DNA of 63,452 nt, filler included, from Bigelowiella natans CCMP2755 (Eukaryota > Protista > Cercozoa): assembly GCA_000320545.1 (NCBI GenBank). It is 7 parts of 7 records of this genome, joined end to end, with 100 filler letters (N's around TTAATTAATTAA, not from the genome) between each part and the next. Parts side by side here need not be neighbours in the genome. Positions count along the whole stretch, not along the records: positions 1 to 18,299 come from ADNK01003217.1; positions 18,400 to 48,421 come from ADNK01001208.1; 5 more parts are not named here. One strand, 5' to 3'. The position numbers were made by a program, and so were the translations under genes. Shown here piece by piece: positions 15,311 to 27,900 of the stretch; the stretch's first letter is position 1; each line of letters opens with the position of its first letter. The notes beneath the pieces are model-generated. The model made no database searches, was not told the DNA's origin, and worked only from the letters and a program-made list of their open reading frames with translations.

Positions 15311-16898
15311 TGTGTTTGCGCGTGCATAAACACATATCAGCGCATGATGTTCAAAATTCTGAGCGCTTTCTCACTACTTTTGTCTCATCATCGACATGTC
15401 GTCATCTCTGTCGTCATTTTAGAGCCTCTCAGAATACCACAAATTGGCATTCGAAAACGCAAAAGACATTATTGCGGTAGTTTGGCAGTTAGAAGTGATG
15501 AAGAAGAAGAACATATAGCGAGTCGTCTTTCGGGTCGTCTCTTGATTGCCTTTGCTTGCTTATAAAATAACACATCTTTTTTGTCTTTGTTTTCATCAAG
15601 TAGCCCCTCCCCCCCCCCTCGTTTACACACAAAGGCTACTGATTAATTCAGGGTTGGTATTGATTGCTGCTTAGGTGGGATTTGACATCACGAAGACTTT
15701 CATCTTCACGGATCTAGACTATATTCAGTACCTCTATCCGAACGTCTGTAAGATCCAGAAAGCAGTCACAGCCAACCAGATACATGTAATTGATGATAAT
15801 AATAGCTGACTACTTACTCCCCATGCAGCAATATCCCACCACCTTGAAGACCTGCGTGTTCTTGGACATCAAACACACTCGTTCGCACGAAGAGAGAGAG
15901 AGGGAGAGAGAGAGAGACTAAATATGTGTATGAAAATCTTGTGTGTTATATTGAATAAAGGGCATATTCGGGTTCGGTCTTGAGGCACACTGTGGAAAGT
16001 TCAGTTATCCAGCCATCCAAGCCGCCCCATCATTCAGTAATATAGAGCAAGGACAAGAAGAATGAATCAATGAATTGATGAACCAATCAATCAACAAACA
16101 AAAACAAAAACAAGACATAGAAATCCACGAGAACACGCCACAACACACCACAACCTACCGACCAAAGGTTGTGCATATGAATGGATATGAGTGAATACTT
16201 TTGGGGGGGGGGGGGGGGGGGGGGGGATACAGATTGGCTTTAGTGCCGATGATGTTCAATCATCAACATCCATCATCATCATCACCAGCAGCATCTTATT
16301 ATGCTGTCCTACTGCTGACCCGTAGGTAATTGTTTTCCGCACATATTTGGGACTAAAATCGACGTGCCGTGTCTTATTCCGTGCGCTATTGACCAGGTAT
16401 TACAGTGGGTTGTATGCAATCATCGTAAATGATAGAATGTTGATGATTTGACCATTGACGCCCAAATAAGTAGTGCGCCTTCTGATAGCGTTGTTAGGTA
16501 GCAGCAGAAATGCATCATCCCTCAGTTATTGCATGCTTCTCCCATCAACAGTCTTTACAATGAGCATTGTGTGTGTTTGTGTTTATGTGTGTGTGTTTTT
16601 CCCTCCTTCCCTCCCCCCCTCCCCAACCCCTTCCTCGTAGGATCCCTACTTCCGCATGACTCGTGATGTCGCACCGAGGCTCAAATATCTTAAGCCTGCA
16701 TTGATACATTCCAAGTTCTTTCCAGCCTTGCAAGGTACTACTACTGCTTCTTTCACGATTCGTCGCAGTAGTAAATATAAACAGCATATACATGTGTACG
16801 TTACGTCATGTAGAATAATCGGTAGGAAACAGCATATGCATATGTACGTCAAGTAGAAGAACCATGACGATGCAATAGCACTTTTTACACCACCATCC

Positions 16899-16929
<31 letters not shown>

Positions 16930-17137
16930 TCTCATACTCTTATCGAAATGGTGATATCAGGAAGCTCCACCAAAATGAGCTCATCGGACCAAAATTCAGC
17001 CATTTTCCTGACGGATACGCCTAAGCAAATCGAAACCAAGGTAATCATAGCTCTGCAAACATGAAGATCATGATGATTGATGATTAGGAAGAAGATGATG
17101 ATGAGGTCATCGACTTAATATCGCGCGGATGTGTGTC

Positions 17138-17198
<61 letters not shown>

Positions 17199-18074
17199 AC
17201 GACTATCCCTGTTGTCATCATTGATGAAGGAAATAAGCTACAGGGTTGGCCCATTACACAATTGGAACTAGCATGATGCATCATCAATATCTCTTCTTCT
17301 TCTTCTTCTTCTTCTTCTTCTTCATCGTCATCAATTCTATGGTGCTTTTATCAGATAAAGAAGTTTGCTTTCTCGGGGGGCCAAGAGACGGTGGAGGAGC
17401 ACCGAGCGAAGGGGGGAAATCCGGATATTGACGTATGATGATCATTTGCAATGATGACGAGCATTTGAAGTGACGATTCTTGTAGTAGTAGTTGTTGTTG
17501 TTGTTGTTGTTACTGCAACCATCGTCGTGGTTTGGCATTGCGAGAATGATTATGCTCTGGAGAATGAAAGAAAGAGCGGGTTATATCCGAAGTGTACACA
17601 GTACACTGTACACACAGCTGCTGCTGCTGCCATGTTCGCATGAGCAGAATCATCATGGTTTTGACACCTGTCCTGTCTTCTATCTCGCCGTCGTTGACGT
17701 TGGCACTTGAATGATTAATGCTGTGATTATATACTTATCCAATGGTACAAGGTTCCCTATCAATATTTGACGTACTTTCTGGATGACGACCAAGAATTGA
17801 AGCGAATCTACGAGGTAGTAGTAGTAGTACAAGCAGTAGTATAAGCAGTAGTATTTCTAATGATAATTGCAATTATGATCCTATGGTGAGAGCGCGGCCT
17901 CCGTAAAGAATTAAGTGTGCGTATTGGTATTGTGATATATGTTGTGTTGGGTGTGTGACGTGGCTCGGTCTCCCCACTTACGATGATCATGGTAATAATG
18001 ATGACGACGATGATGATGATGATGATGAACTTATAGGAGTACAAGTCTGGCCGCATGCTAACAGGAGAAATCAA
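14416..18074 (+). CDS. WARS1: Tryptophanyl-tRNA synthetase (cytosolic, eukaryotic type), multi-exon; 3' end lost in the gap
   Basis: [64 protein letters not shown]|[29 protein letters not shown]. Confidence 0.97.
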
Positions 18075-18210
18075 GGTTGTGTTGTTGTTGTTATTGTTGT
18101 TATTGTTGAGCTGCTGCTGGCAGTTCGTTCTCGGACGTTTAATAACGTCGACACAACTAATGACAATTACATCATCACCGCATCATCAACACATCTATGA
18201 ATTGAATCAA

Positions 18211-18252
<42 letters not shown>

Positions 18253-18299
18253 TAGTTATTATATTAGTTATTATTACGTTAAGTAAAATTACGTTAGTA

Positions 18300-18399
18300 N
18301 NNNNNNNNNNNNNNNNNNNNNNNNNNNNNNNNNNNNNNNNNNNTTAATTAATTAANNNNNNNNNNNNNNNNNNNNNNNNNNNNNNNNNNNNNNNNNNNN
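18300..18399. other. Artificial assembly spacer (N44-TTAATTAATTAA-N44). Also at 48422-48521, 52728-52827, 57140-57239, 58993-59092 and 61807-61906
   Basis: Identical 100-nt N-flanked linker with stops in all six frames, recurring six times. Confidence 0.97.
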
Positions 18400-18429
18400 C
18401 CCTCACCCTGTCTCCTCCTCCTCCTCATC

Positions 18430-18554
18430 CTCTCCTCCTCCTCCTCTCTCCAAAGCCGTTCAGAGGTCGTTCAAGAGAATATGTCAATTGACGTCATTGG
18501 GGGCTGGATTCAGGTAAGAAGATTGTAAGACGACGACGACACGCTAACATACAA

Positions 18555-18590
<36 letters not shown>

Positions 18591-20449
18591 CATATATAAC
18601 AGAATTAAAATAGGTGTGTGAGTGCGTGTACAAACAATGAGATGCAGCAGCTAATGGTCAAATCTAAATTGGGGGGGGGGGGGCAACAGCGAGCGGAAAC
18701 GATAATCTTGATGATGAAGACTAACTCTGGCCCTTCAGAGTCCCAGAACCCTAATTTTATCGTGACTTATACCCACATTCTCAGGTGGAAACACATCTCG
18801 AGAACACCGTGCAACCGACATCGAAGTCGCACAACAGACTGCCGCAAGAGGGAGCGAATCAAAGCCCACATTCTTGAGAGGTCAGCCCGCAATCGGCATG
18901 ATTTGTGGAGACTACATTCAAGCACCGATGGGAGGTGGAACGTCGCCCTTGCAGCGCTGAAATTGCTCGCGAGTGCGATGACGTCTCAGTGCGCTGCACT
19001 CTGCACCTTGAAACCCGCATAGCTATTGACACTATTGCAGCGCGGGTATTCGTTGGCCTCACCCCTGCTGTGGCGTTCGGTCACTCGCAGACCCCTCTTG
19101 TTGATGCTAGCTCGGCACGAAGTCCCTGGTCAAGCTACATGCATCCTGAGATCCAGTCAAGGCTGCGGCAAGCCACGCTCAGGCTGTTGATCGATTCAAT
19201 GCTTTGTCCGCTGCCGCTCAAAGAGCGGATTCCCTCTCCGATGTTTCTGTTTGTACTCAATCTTTGCCAGAAGGCGAGGAACGACCCGGACGCACAAGTA
19301 AGGGCTACCGCCATACGTGGGATCTCAGCCTGCCACTACATCATGCCGACCAACGAAGGTAAACACGATGATGAGACCGCACGGGTCCTGCACAAAATAC
19401 GACGTTCTTCTTTCTTCTTCCCTAAGTATAAAACAAATGCGGTCCTCTCGACGTGGTTGTGAGTCATTGGGGAGCGTGACAGAAGTGCCATCTCATTCAC
19501 AAGTTGTTGATTGATTGTACTCACTCAATGCTATCTGCCCAGGCACAGCCGTCCTTGCCTCGACCCTGGCCAAGCTGCAAAACGCCATATCGGGCGTGTC
19601 GTCTCGACATATGGAGGAGCAAACAGACCGTAAAAAGACTGAATCGCCACCACCCTCGAATGTAGGGGGAGATGGAGAACCAGAGTCCAGCGTGCCTCCA
19701 TCAGCAGAAGGGGCCAGCTCGGAGGTAATGGGTGATCGAAGAACTTGATTCGCCAACAAACGAAGAAAGCGACAGCGAATGAACATGCCAGAAACATAGC
19801 TACAACCTACCTGTTCAACGTGCTTGAGTATTGAGTGACCCCATCTCTGTTTATAACGCATTGTGCAATCGCCTCTGATAATTAGGCTGCAGCAGAGAAG
19901 GAAACGAGCCATTCGGAGCGCACGACCAAAGACGACGCGGTCGGTGGGAGAGAAATCTCCGAGGGCTTGACTGCAGAATATGCATCCATTTCCAAAGAGC
20001 TTGCCGGGATCGCTCGCATTACGAGTCGAAATAGCCAGCTTCTGGACCATCTTTTGCAGAAGCGAATGCTGACAACGGCCACTGAGGAAAAAACCGTAGA
20101 AGCAGCAACTGAAAGCGAGAGTGCGCAGCGGCTGGGGAGTGAGCAGCAGCAACTGAAAGAACAAGTTAAGATTGACGGTGTTAAGCAGGGAGATAGGAAG
20201 GCGGAGACGCCCTCTGCTCAGCTACCTGCGACGAGCGGTGAAAGCCTGAATTCCAAGATTAAGACGGGGATGGAATTAGAACCCACATCTCCTGCCGAAG
20301 AGCGTATCGACGAATCTCAGTTTCAAATAGACAAAGAGGAGCTAGACAAAGGGGATGCCGATGATGATGGCGATGATTCCTTGTGTGATATTGACGAGAC
20401 TTCTGGACCGGATGATGGTGACACTGGAAAGCTCTGGGCGCAAGATTAA
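18430..20449 (+). CDS. Hypothetical protein, 3' exons: helical (HEAT/ARM-like, weakly PELP1/Rix1-like) region plus acidic tail
   Basis: LRQATLRLLIDSMLCP...ARNDPDAQVRATAIRGISACHYIM, then low-complexity acidic exons ending DDDGDDSLCDIDETSGPDDGD. The family assignment is weak. Confidence 0.5.
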
Positions 20450-21151
20450 CGCGTGCCTGCTCTAGTGCTGCTCAAAGCGGTGTTTTGTGTGCACATCTCG
20501 CCCAATTTGCTAGCTTCGCATCTGAGTCATTTCCAGAAATGCCTGTCTTACTATAGCTACTATATATAGCTATGTCTACATGTCTACGTTTGAGTCGCAG
20601 TGATGGTTGCTGCATATATTAATGAGCTAGCGCTATCAAAACCGCAAAGATGTGCATCAACGTAACAAGCGAGCGCAGTACATGACCCGAATAGTCGCGC
20701 ATGATCGAGAATCGAGAAGGATGCAATGAACATGCTAAATTTGTTCAATTGTCATCCTAATCTTTGCAATGCTGCGCTGCGCAGGTGCAGCGATGCAAGT
20801 AATGTATGACTAGACAAACACCCCATGCGGTCGCTAAGTAGTAGGCTCAGCTAAAGCTTTATCTAAAATCTAGTGTGTTGACAGGAAGTGCGGCATGCGC
20901 AGGCCGTCGATCGTATCGTCACCTACTCGCGATAGACGCTTCTAAAGCTAGAAAGGCTAGCCGCGACCAGACGCCACGTTTATATTGCGCACGTGCGTTA
21001 CAGCTACACGCCACCTGACTTTGGCGGGCCGCAGCAAGAATGCTCAGAAGCACGTGTAATGCATGCACGGCTGTACAGGTCACACCGTCTTAGCTAGTTA
21101 GTATGAATAATGAAGTATTATCAAAGCACGCAACCCATCGTTATGTTACAT

Positions 21152-21395
21152 TCAATCTTTGTTTGAATTCGTTAATTCCATTGGTTTCGGTCTTCTATCC
21201 GATTTCTCCGCAGACTTCCCGGGTGACACTGCTGGTCCGTATATCGAAATCTTTTCGCGTATAATTGGAGGGCCTCCCCCATATATGTGTTGAAGTTCCC
21301 GCCAAACGGGCTCACGGAGTCCACGATAATCCTGAAGATTATTGCAAGATTCAATCTAAGTAAAGAGACGAAAACAGCGGCATGCAACATCGACA

Positions 21396-21426
<31 letters not shown>

Positions 21427-21432
21427 ACACGC

Positions 21433-21475
<43 letters not shown>

Positions 21476-23618
21476 GGAACGGTGAGGAGGCGAAAGAGTC
21501 ACCTTTGCAGGCTCGAGGCCACTCCTGATTTTATCGTGCTCGTCAAACAGGTTTGAGTTTGTTATGGGGCCGGGCCGATGCTCCGCGCCGTATATAAAAT
21601 CTCGCCATTCCTTCATCCACACCTCGTCTACGAGGTACCAGCACTTCGCACAGCCATTCGTCTTGCACTGTCTCTCCAGAAGGATGATCGAACGCTTCTC
21701 TCGCGTACGGATCCTCTGACTCTCGCATTTCGGGCACATGGCCTTCGAGTCCGCCCTAATCGGTGGCCCCCCCCCATGCGTTTTCTGCAGCGTAGCCCAT
21801 CGGCGTTGGGATACGGGGAAGGAGAGGCTGAAGCGTTCCGACGAGGGGAGGGGCACACCATGACCACAGCATAAAATACGGTTGTCAATCGGGCCTGGGT
21901 TGGACATGTACTGGCACTTTCGTCGCCAGTACTTTGATACGAGATAGCAGGATTCTTGCGGGCAGTTTGTAGCTGCTGCTCCTTCGGACGAGGCAGCCTC
22001 ATCCCCGTCTACTGCTGCAGCTGCCGCTGCTTCAGCCGGGGAGTCGTCACCCATCACCCCGCCGGTGGCCTCCTTACGGCGCTCCACGTTCGGTTTCCTC
22101 ACATACATGAGGATGTAGGCCTGCTGGTTTTGAACGTGCTCCGAGGTGACTTGCGTCGCGTGTCTGTCGTCGAAGCTATACCAATGACCCGTCACGTGGC
22201 TCCTTGCGTAGGCCACGTAATGCCCTCCTGACAGCCCGCCGCTGTGACGAACCACACCGAACAGATCGTATTTCGTTTCCAAGGACGAGCCTTGGAGACT
22301 CTCGTGCAGGTAAGGCTTCATGTCCAAGTCCTTGAGGGGGAAAATGACGTGGCGCCCCACCTTGCTGCCGTAATGGTGATAGGAGAACCGCTTGATAGTG
22401 ATCCACATGACCTCGGGCAGTGTGGTGATGGAGAGCACGGTGTTGGCGTCCACCCGCTGATTGCACTTCTCGCAACGGTAGAGGTTGTGGTCATCGAGGT
22501 CGCTGCTGGTGCAGAAGGAATGCAGCAAAGTCTCCAGAGATAGCGGCGGGGAGGTCAATCCGATCATGTTCGTGAGAGAGTAGAAGAAACCCTGCTGCAC
22601 GTTTGTCATCGCCTTGTCCCCCCGCTCCTCCTGGACTTTCTTCAATTTAGGGTCCTGAGGGATCTCGAGAGAAAGATCGAGGAATGTGTCGCCTTTGATG
22701 GAAACACTCGCACAGTTTGGACACGTCACGTCGCTTCGCATCTTTCCTTTGAACAAATCAGAGACGATACTGAATTCTGTTGGCCTAGCATTCTTCGGCT
22801 TCTTTTCCTTGGCTTCACCGTCCTGATCGGAGGAGGGTTCCTTCTTCTCTCGACCCTCCCCCTCCCCCCCTCTCCTCTTCTTCTCTTCACGGGCTTCATC
22901 AAAGTCGTATTCGCACTTGATCATCAGGGCTTCATGAATGCAATCGAGCACGCAATAGATAAACTCGTGCGCGTCGTGGTGGCCATATCCTCTGAAGGCG
23001 GGGTTGAGAGTTACAGCGTCTCTGTAAAGCTCTTTGGGAGAGCAGGCGAGGTATCTCCCACTCCAAAGCTTCCGCAGCAGCAGCATAAATTCCTGCACCA
23101 GGTGGAACTTGCGCTCCATGCGCTGCGACATCCTCGCCTTTCTGAAACGCTTTAAGTCAGACATGTTGGTCAGCAGCATGCCCACGACCGGGGGACAGTG
23201 CATCAGGGCCTGTAAAGACGCGTTCAAGAAGCACGTATTGCCTATATTAACGAGCCCCGTCTTCCCCCCTCGGGGGTTGACGTAAAGCTTTGCTCCGAGG
23301 AGGTCTGGTGTGTCATCGTCATCTCCCTTCTCCCCTTCTCGTTCGTCTTCCATCTCAACGCTCATGCCGCGTTTCTCTTTCCCAACTTTGCAATCGCTGT
23401 CCATGTCTCTGTTGTTGTTGTTGCTTTCGTTCTGCTGGGCTGCACCGCGCTCCTGATGCACAAAACGCATTCTTAGTCCAGAAGGAGAGAGGGGTGCGGA
23501 CAACAGAGGATGAAATTAAGATCTGAAGCGTAATTTTAGTCCTATTTTCTGAAAACAACAAGAAGAAGACAAACGGCAAAGGGACAACCTGAGGCTGCTT
23601 CTCGTTCTCATTTTCCAT
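21152..23618 (-). CDS. Ubiquitin-specific protease (peptidase C19) with two C-terminal DUSP domains, USP20/33-like
   Basis: Cys box GLVNIGNTCFLNASLQAL; His box VVRHSGGLSGGHYVAY...WYSFDD; DUSP motifs PGPIDN and PGPITN. Last exon reads DYRGLREPVWRELQHIYGGGP...stop 21152. First exon is MENENEKQPQ. Confidence 0.95.
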
Positions 23619-24060
23619 GATTTTGACCTATTGCCAATGAGCTTGCTTTGGTGGGGTTCACTGAGGAAAACACTGCGTCCTCCAGTCCTTTGTTAATATT
23701 TTGAGATCTGCCCAGATGCGTACACCTCGCTGATGACCTGTTCAAACCCCATTTTGTGAAAAAGTATCGTTGTTTTACTACTCTAATTTGCCGCTTCTCG
23801 AATCTGGCGCTGGAAGATGTCATTGCTCCATCCCCGAAAGCAACCAAAAAATACGTATACTATTATATATCACCTTGATTAGCGCTCTCACAAAGAGAAG
23901 GGCATGCACTGCTGGTCTCGGCTCACGTGGTCGCTAGAGCCTTCGTCTCCATGATTCACAGCGCCCCATCAGTTGTGTTCCCTTCTGTTGTGTCGCTTGG
24001 AACAAATTTGTACGGCACACTTCGGAAGAAAGACTTTTAGAATTTTAGACCATGATTCAT

Positions 24061-24563
24061 CCAGGTGACATCCAAAACAAGTTTGCAAAGTGTTTCGCTT
24101 GCTGATTGCACCATCGAGGACGACGTGTGCATGAACCCCCGCAATGAACAATGAACAATGAACAAAGCGTTGATCAAACCCGCATCTCCTGCTTGCTCTT
24201 CATTTTTTGATGCCCCTGACTCTGGACACAATTCGCCGATGCGGCGCACGATGCGGCAATGGGCGGGGGTTTTCGGTCACCAGGGTGGCTTTTCCTCCCA
24301 CCCATGAACCACATTCTCGTTCACTGGTGGGATGGACAGACACGTCGCCCCAGCTAGCCAGCCACCGGTGACTCGCTAGCTCGGTTGCCAGATCAAGGAT
24401 GTTTGGATCTGCACTCAAGATTCAAAGTTGCATCCGCCGAAGTGGTGATGGGCGGGGGGGGTTTCATGGTTGCAAGGGTGGCTTTTCCCCTCATCCCTGA
24501 ACCACATTCCTGTTCACCGGTGGGGGCCAGCCACCGATGCCAGCGATGACTTGTTGGCTGCCA
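24061..24563. other. TpA-depleted tract (left flank of the LTR element), containing a diverged tandem duplication
   Basis: Only 2 TA in about 500 bp, both in CTAG. Copy 1 is ~24250-24423; copy 2 is ~24440-24563 and continues at 30284-30324 after the element. Confidence 0.85.
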
Positions 24564-24889
24564 TGTTGCGCGTAAGGTGTTCACAGGCCGAGGCGCTACG
24601 TGCACAAGTAGGCAGGGGGGGGGAAAGGCACGTTTGCTTCCTTTTGAAGAGTTGTGTTTATTTTTATTAAAGATTATATTTTTATTAAATCGTGCACTGC
24701 GTAATCATTCGCGAAGCTTTCGCGAATGCCGCCGCACGTGGGGCAGCACACTTCCGGTGTGCTGCCATGAGTCCCGCCGGAACCCACGTGCCTATGCTGT
24801 ATTAATATCTACGTTATCTATATTCTATATCCGCGACAACCCCTTTGTTGTCGCACGTGACTTGTGCCCGCGTAGTGGTACGCGCTACA
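24564..24889 (-). repeat. 3' LTR
   Basis: Direct repeat of 29954-30279. Confidence 0.97.
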
Positions 24890-24897
24890 CCTCCCCC
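24890..24897 (-). promoter_or_regulatory. Polypurine tract (GGGGGAGG)
   Basis: Purine run abutting the 3' LTR on the element strand. Confidence 0.8.
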
Positions 24898-24940
24898 AAG
24901 TCACGTTGCTCCTTCCTTCCTTCCTTATTCCCTTAGACCT

Positions 24941-27900
24941 TCATCGCTTTCGGAACTTCACCAACCACCAGGTAATAGATTCCTCTCTAACCTTATCTCC
25001 TTTGTCGCTTACCCAGAACTCACCTTCGTCCTTAGGTTCGTGTCCATACCAGCCCTCTGCATCAAGGTCCCCCAGGACCTTATACCAGTGCTCAAAGGGT
25101 AAGTCGGGAACAGCTAGGTAGAGTAGCTGATATTTTCCGTCCTTTATTTTCATAGCTACCCTCTCCATATTTCGTAATCCAGGGTAGCCTAGATAGACAA
25201 TCTTCATGCGCCAATCGTCGTTCACCCTGACCTTATTGTTTCCATATTCCACATCGAACTTAGGTCGGGGTCCTAAACAAGGCATTGCTCGCTCCCACAC
25301 AGTAGGGTTTACTTTAACATCCTCTAGGAGCTTCTCACCGATATCATAATTCTTTAGGTGACTGATGTGGCGCAAGGTGACCCTGTTCCCATCATAGATG
25401 TAGTACTGCTTCCTCCCCTTCCTCTCGGTAACCTTTGCAACGCCACCCCAGAAGGGGTCTTGTTTATTTCTCGATCTCAGATTTACCTTGGCCCTAACAT
25501 ACTGTCCTTCCTTTAGAACTCGGCCATCGTACGGGACCTTCTCGTCTTCGCTCTCGGTATCGTCGTCGTTGTCGTCGCCTTCTTCCCTCTCCTTATCCTT
25601 GATACCTCCCCCAGACGTGAAGGTGTCGTTTACTAACCCTTGTATCTTGTCTGGTGTGGTGCTATTTATCCTGCTTAGGTTGGCCAAGGTGCGGTGGAGT
25701 CGCTCTACCTTGGAGTTGGACTGGGCATAGTATACAGGTGAGGCATCAATATTAGGGTGTGGTAGCTGTAGAAGAGAGGTCTCATTATCCACATGTAACT
25801 TCTTTGGTATCTTGTTTATGCTAACTTCATCAGGGATAGCCTGGAGCTCAGACTCCCAGGTACGGTAGCAGTTAGTAAGCCTCTGCTTATATAAGCCTTT
25901 GTTCTTCTTAGCAACGTTGACCTTGATAATCTTTTTAACCCAGCACTTTCCAGTGGCCACATCAACGAAGGTAAGGTAGTGATAGCCATCGTACTTATAA
26001 ACATCAATTTGCACGATATCTAAGAAGTTCCTTGCTTTGATTTTCTTAGATGCACGGCTCTTGCTGGACTCCTTGGTGGCGACGCCTGCCGCCTTCAAGC
26101 TGGAGCACCTGCAGCCACGCAGGTATGTCCTTATCTCTTTTAGCTTGTAGGGCCAGTAGTAATGGTAGAGTAGAGCAGTGATATGGTTTTCTCCTACGTG
26201 TGCAGGTCCATGGGCGGTAAAGAGAAGGGCTCCCCTGGTCCGCCGTGGCACGTAGGTACGCCTAACATTATTAGTGTATACATATATCCTATCACTAAGT
26301 ACCTCATGCTTGTGTTTGTATTTATCCAGGTGTTCTTGAAGGTGCTGGAGCTCCTCTGGCTCAGGCAGGAAGTCGCCGTCCTCGAAGGTAATCGCGTTAA
26401 CCATAGGGGTGACCTGGGTAGGGACTTTCTTTTCGAACAGCCTGCTGAAATAGTCAGCAAGCTGCTTGTCTCCTGGTGCGTAGACCACTGTCCTCTTGTC
26501 CCTAAACTCTTCCGTGTCCGCCCTCATAGCTGCATACTCATCGTTAGGCGCTTCGAGCTTGCGGTCGATGCCTAGGAGGGGCTTGTGGTCAGTCATTAAG
26601 GTGAAGCTGGGCACCGACAGCAGGTAGTATCTTAGTTTCCTCTGCGCCTCAGTCATGGCTTTATACTCTCCTTTTGTAGGGCTGTACTTGGCCTCAGCTG
26701 CTGTGCAGGCCCTGCCCCACACCCGTATGATCTGCTGGTCTTGGGTAAGTACAGCAGCCATACCTAGCTTAGACCAGTCTGTCCATAGGGTAGCTGGTCT
26801 AGTAGTGTCTAGCTTAGCATTCAATAGGGTGTTGCTGCATAACTTTATTAGGTTATCGAAGTGGGCATCAAGGCCAGCCTTGGCCCACACCTTAGCGAAG
26901 CTGAGGCCTACAGAGTTCTCCTTCCGGTAAGCAGTAGTAAAAGCAGCTGCAGTCCTAGCGTAGGTAGGGGAGAACCTACGTAGTATCCAAGCTGCAGTCT
27001 GCAAGAATGACTTTAACTCCTTTGCATTCTTAGGTTTAGGGGCTTGCTGTAGTGCTGCTACTTTCTCGGGGTTTGGGGTGATGCGGCCTTGCTCCAGGTA
27101 ATATCCACACCACTTGATTCTTGTAGCTAGGAATGTACACTTCTGCAGTCTAATAGTAAAACCGAAGTGTGCAAACCTAATAAATATATTTTCCAGGAGG
27201 AAGATCTGAGCGACGACTGTGTTGGTACATATTATGTCATCATCCACATACACAAACACAAACACCCACAACACAGACGCCATCCCATCATGTGTGTATG
27301 CCCTGTAGTTCTGACTACTGAACGCATCCCCTGATATGCTTAGGCCGTAAGGGAATACGACGAAGTGCCACTTCCTGTGCCTGCTGGAGAACGCGGTAAT
27401 GGGGCGGGAGGTTTTGTGGATGGGTGTCTGCATGTATGATTCATTTTTATCTAGGGAAGAGTAGTATTTGTATCCTATGACGTGTTCAATAACGTCATCT
27501 ATCCTTGGTGTAGGTGTCTGGATCCTCTTTATTACTCGGTTGTGGCGGATGAAGTTGTGCGCCAGGCGGAAGAAAGGGTAAGTAGGTTTCTTAGCTAGCA
27601 CATGTCTCACGTTCCATGGTGAGTTGCTTGGCTCTATCTTCCCTTCCTTTGCCCATTCATTGATCTGCCACTCTATCTTTTCCCAGTCCGCTTCCGGTCG
27701 CCTATGTTCTGGGTCATTGATGATGCACTCTTCGTATCCCTTCTTTAGCTCGATCTTTACTGGGGTAAGCTTGCTGGAGGGCTTCGTCGTCGGCTTGGTG
27801 ATGTCAGAGTACTTCTCGTTTAATATTTTATTAATGTACTTTTTGCCCTTGTCGATATCCCAATCATCAGCTGGGGGGGTCTTGTCCAGTAGCTCCGTTA

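Noticed and set aside
18344-18355. Recurrent TTAATTAATTAA palindrome flanked by Ns (six copies)
   Set aside because: Artificial contig linker with stops in all six frames; not biological.
24250-24563. CpG-methylation decay as the explanation for CA/TG mismatches between duplicates
   Set aside because: CpG is plentiful in these tracts while TpA is the missing dinucleotide, and other duplicates show TA as the alternative allele.
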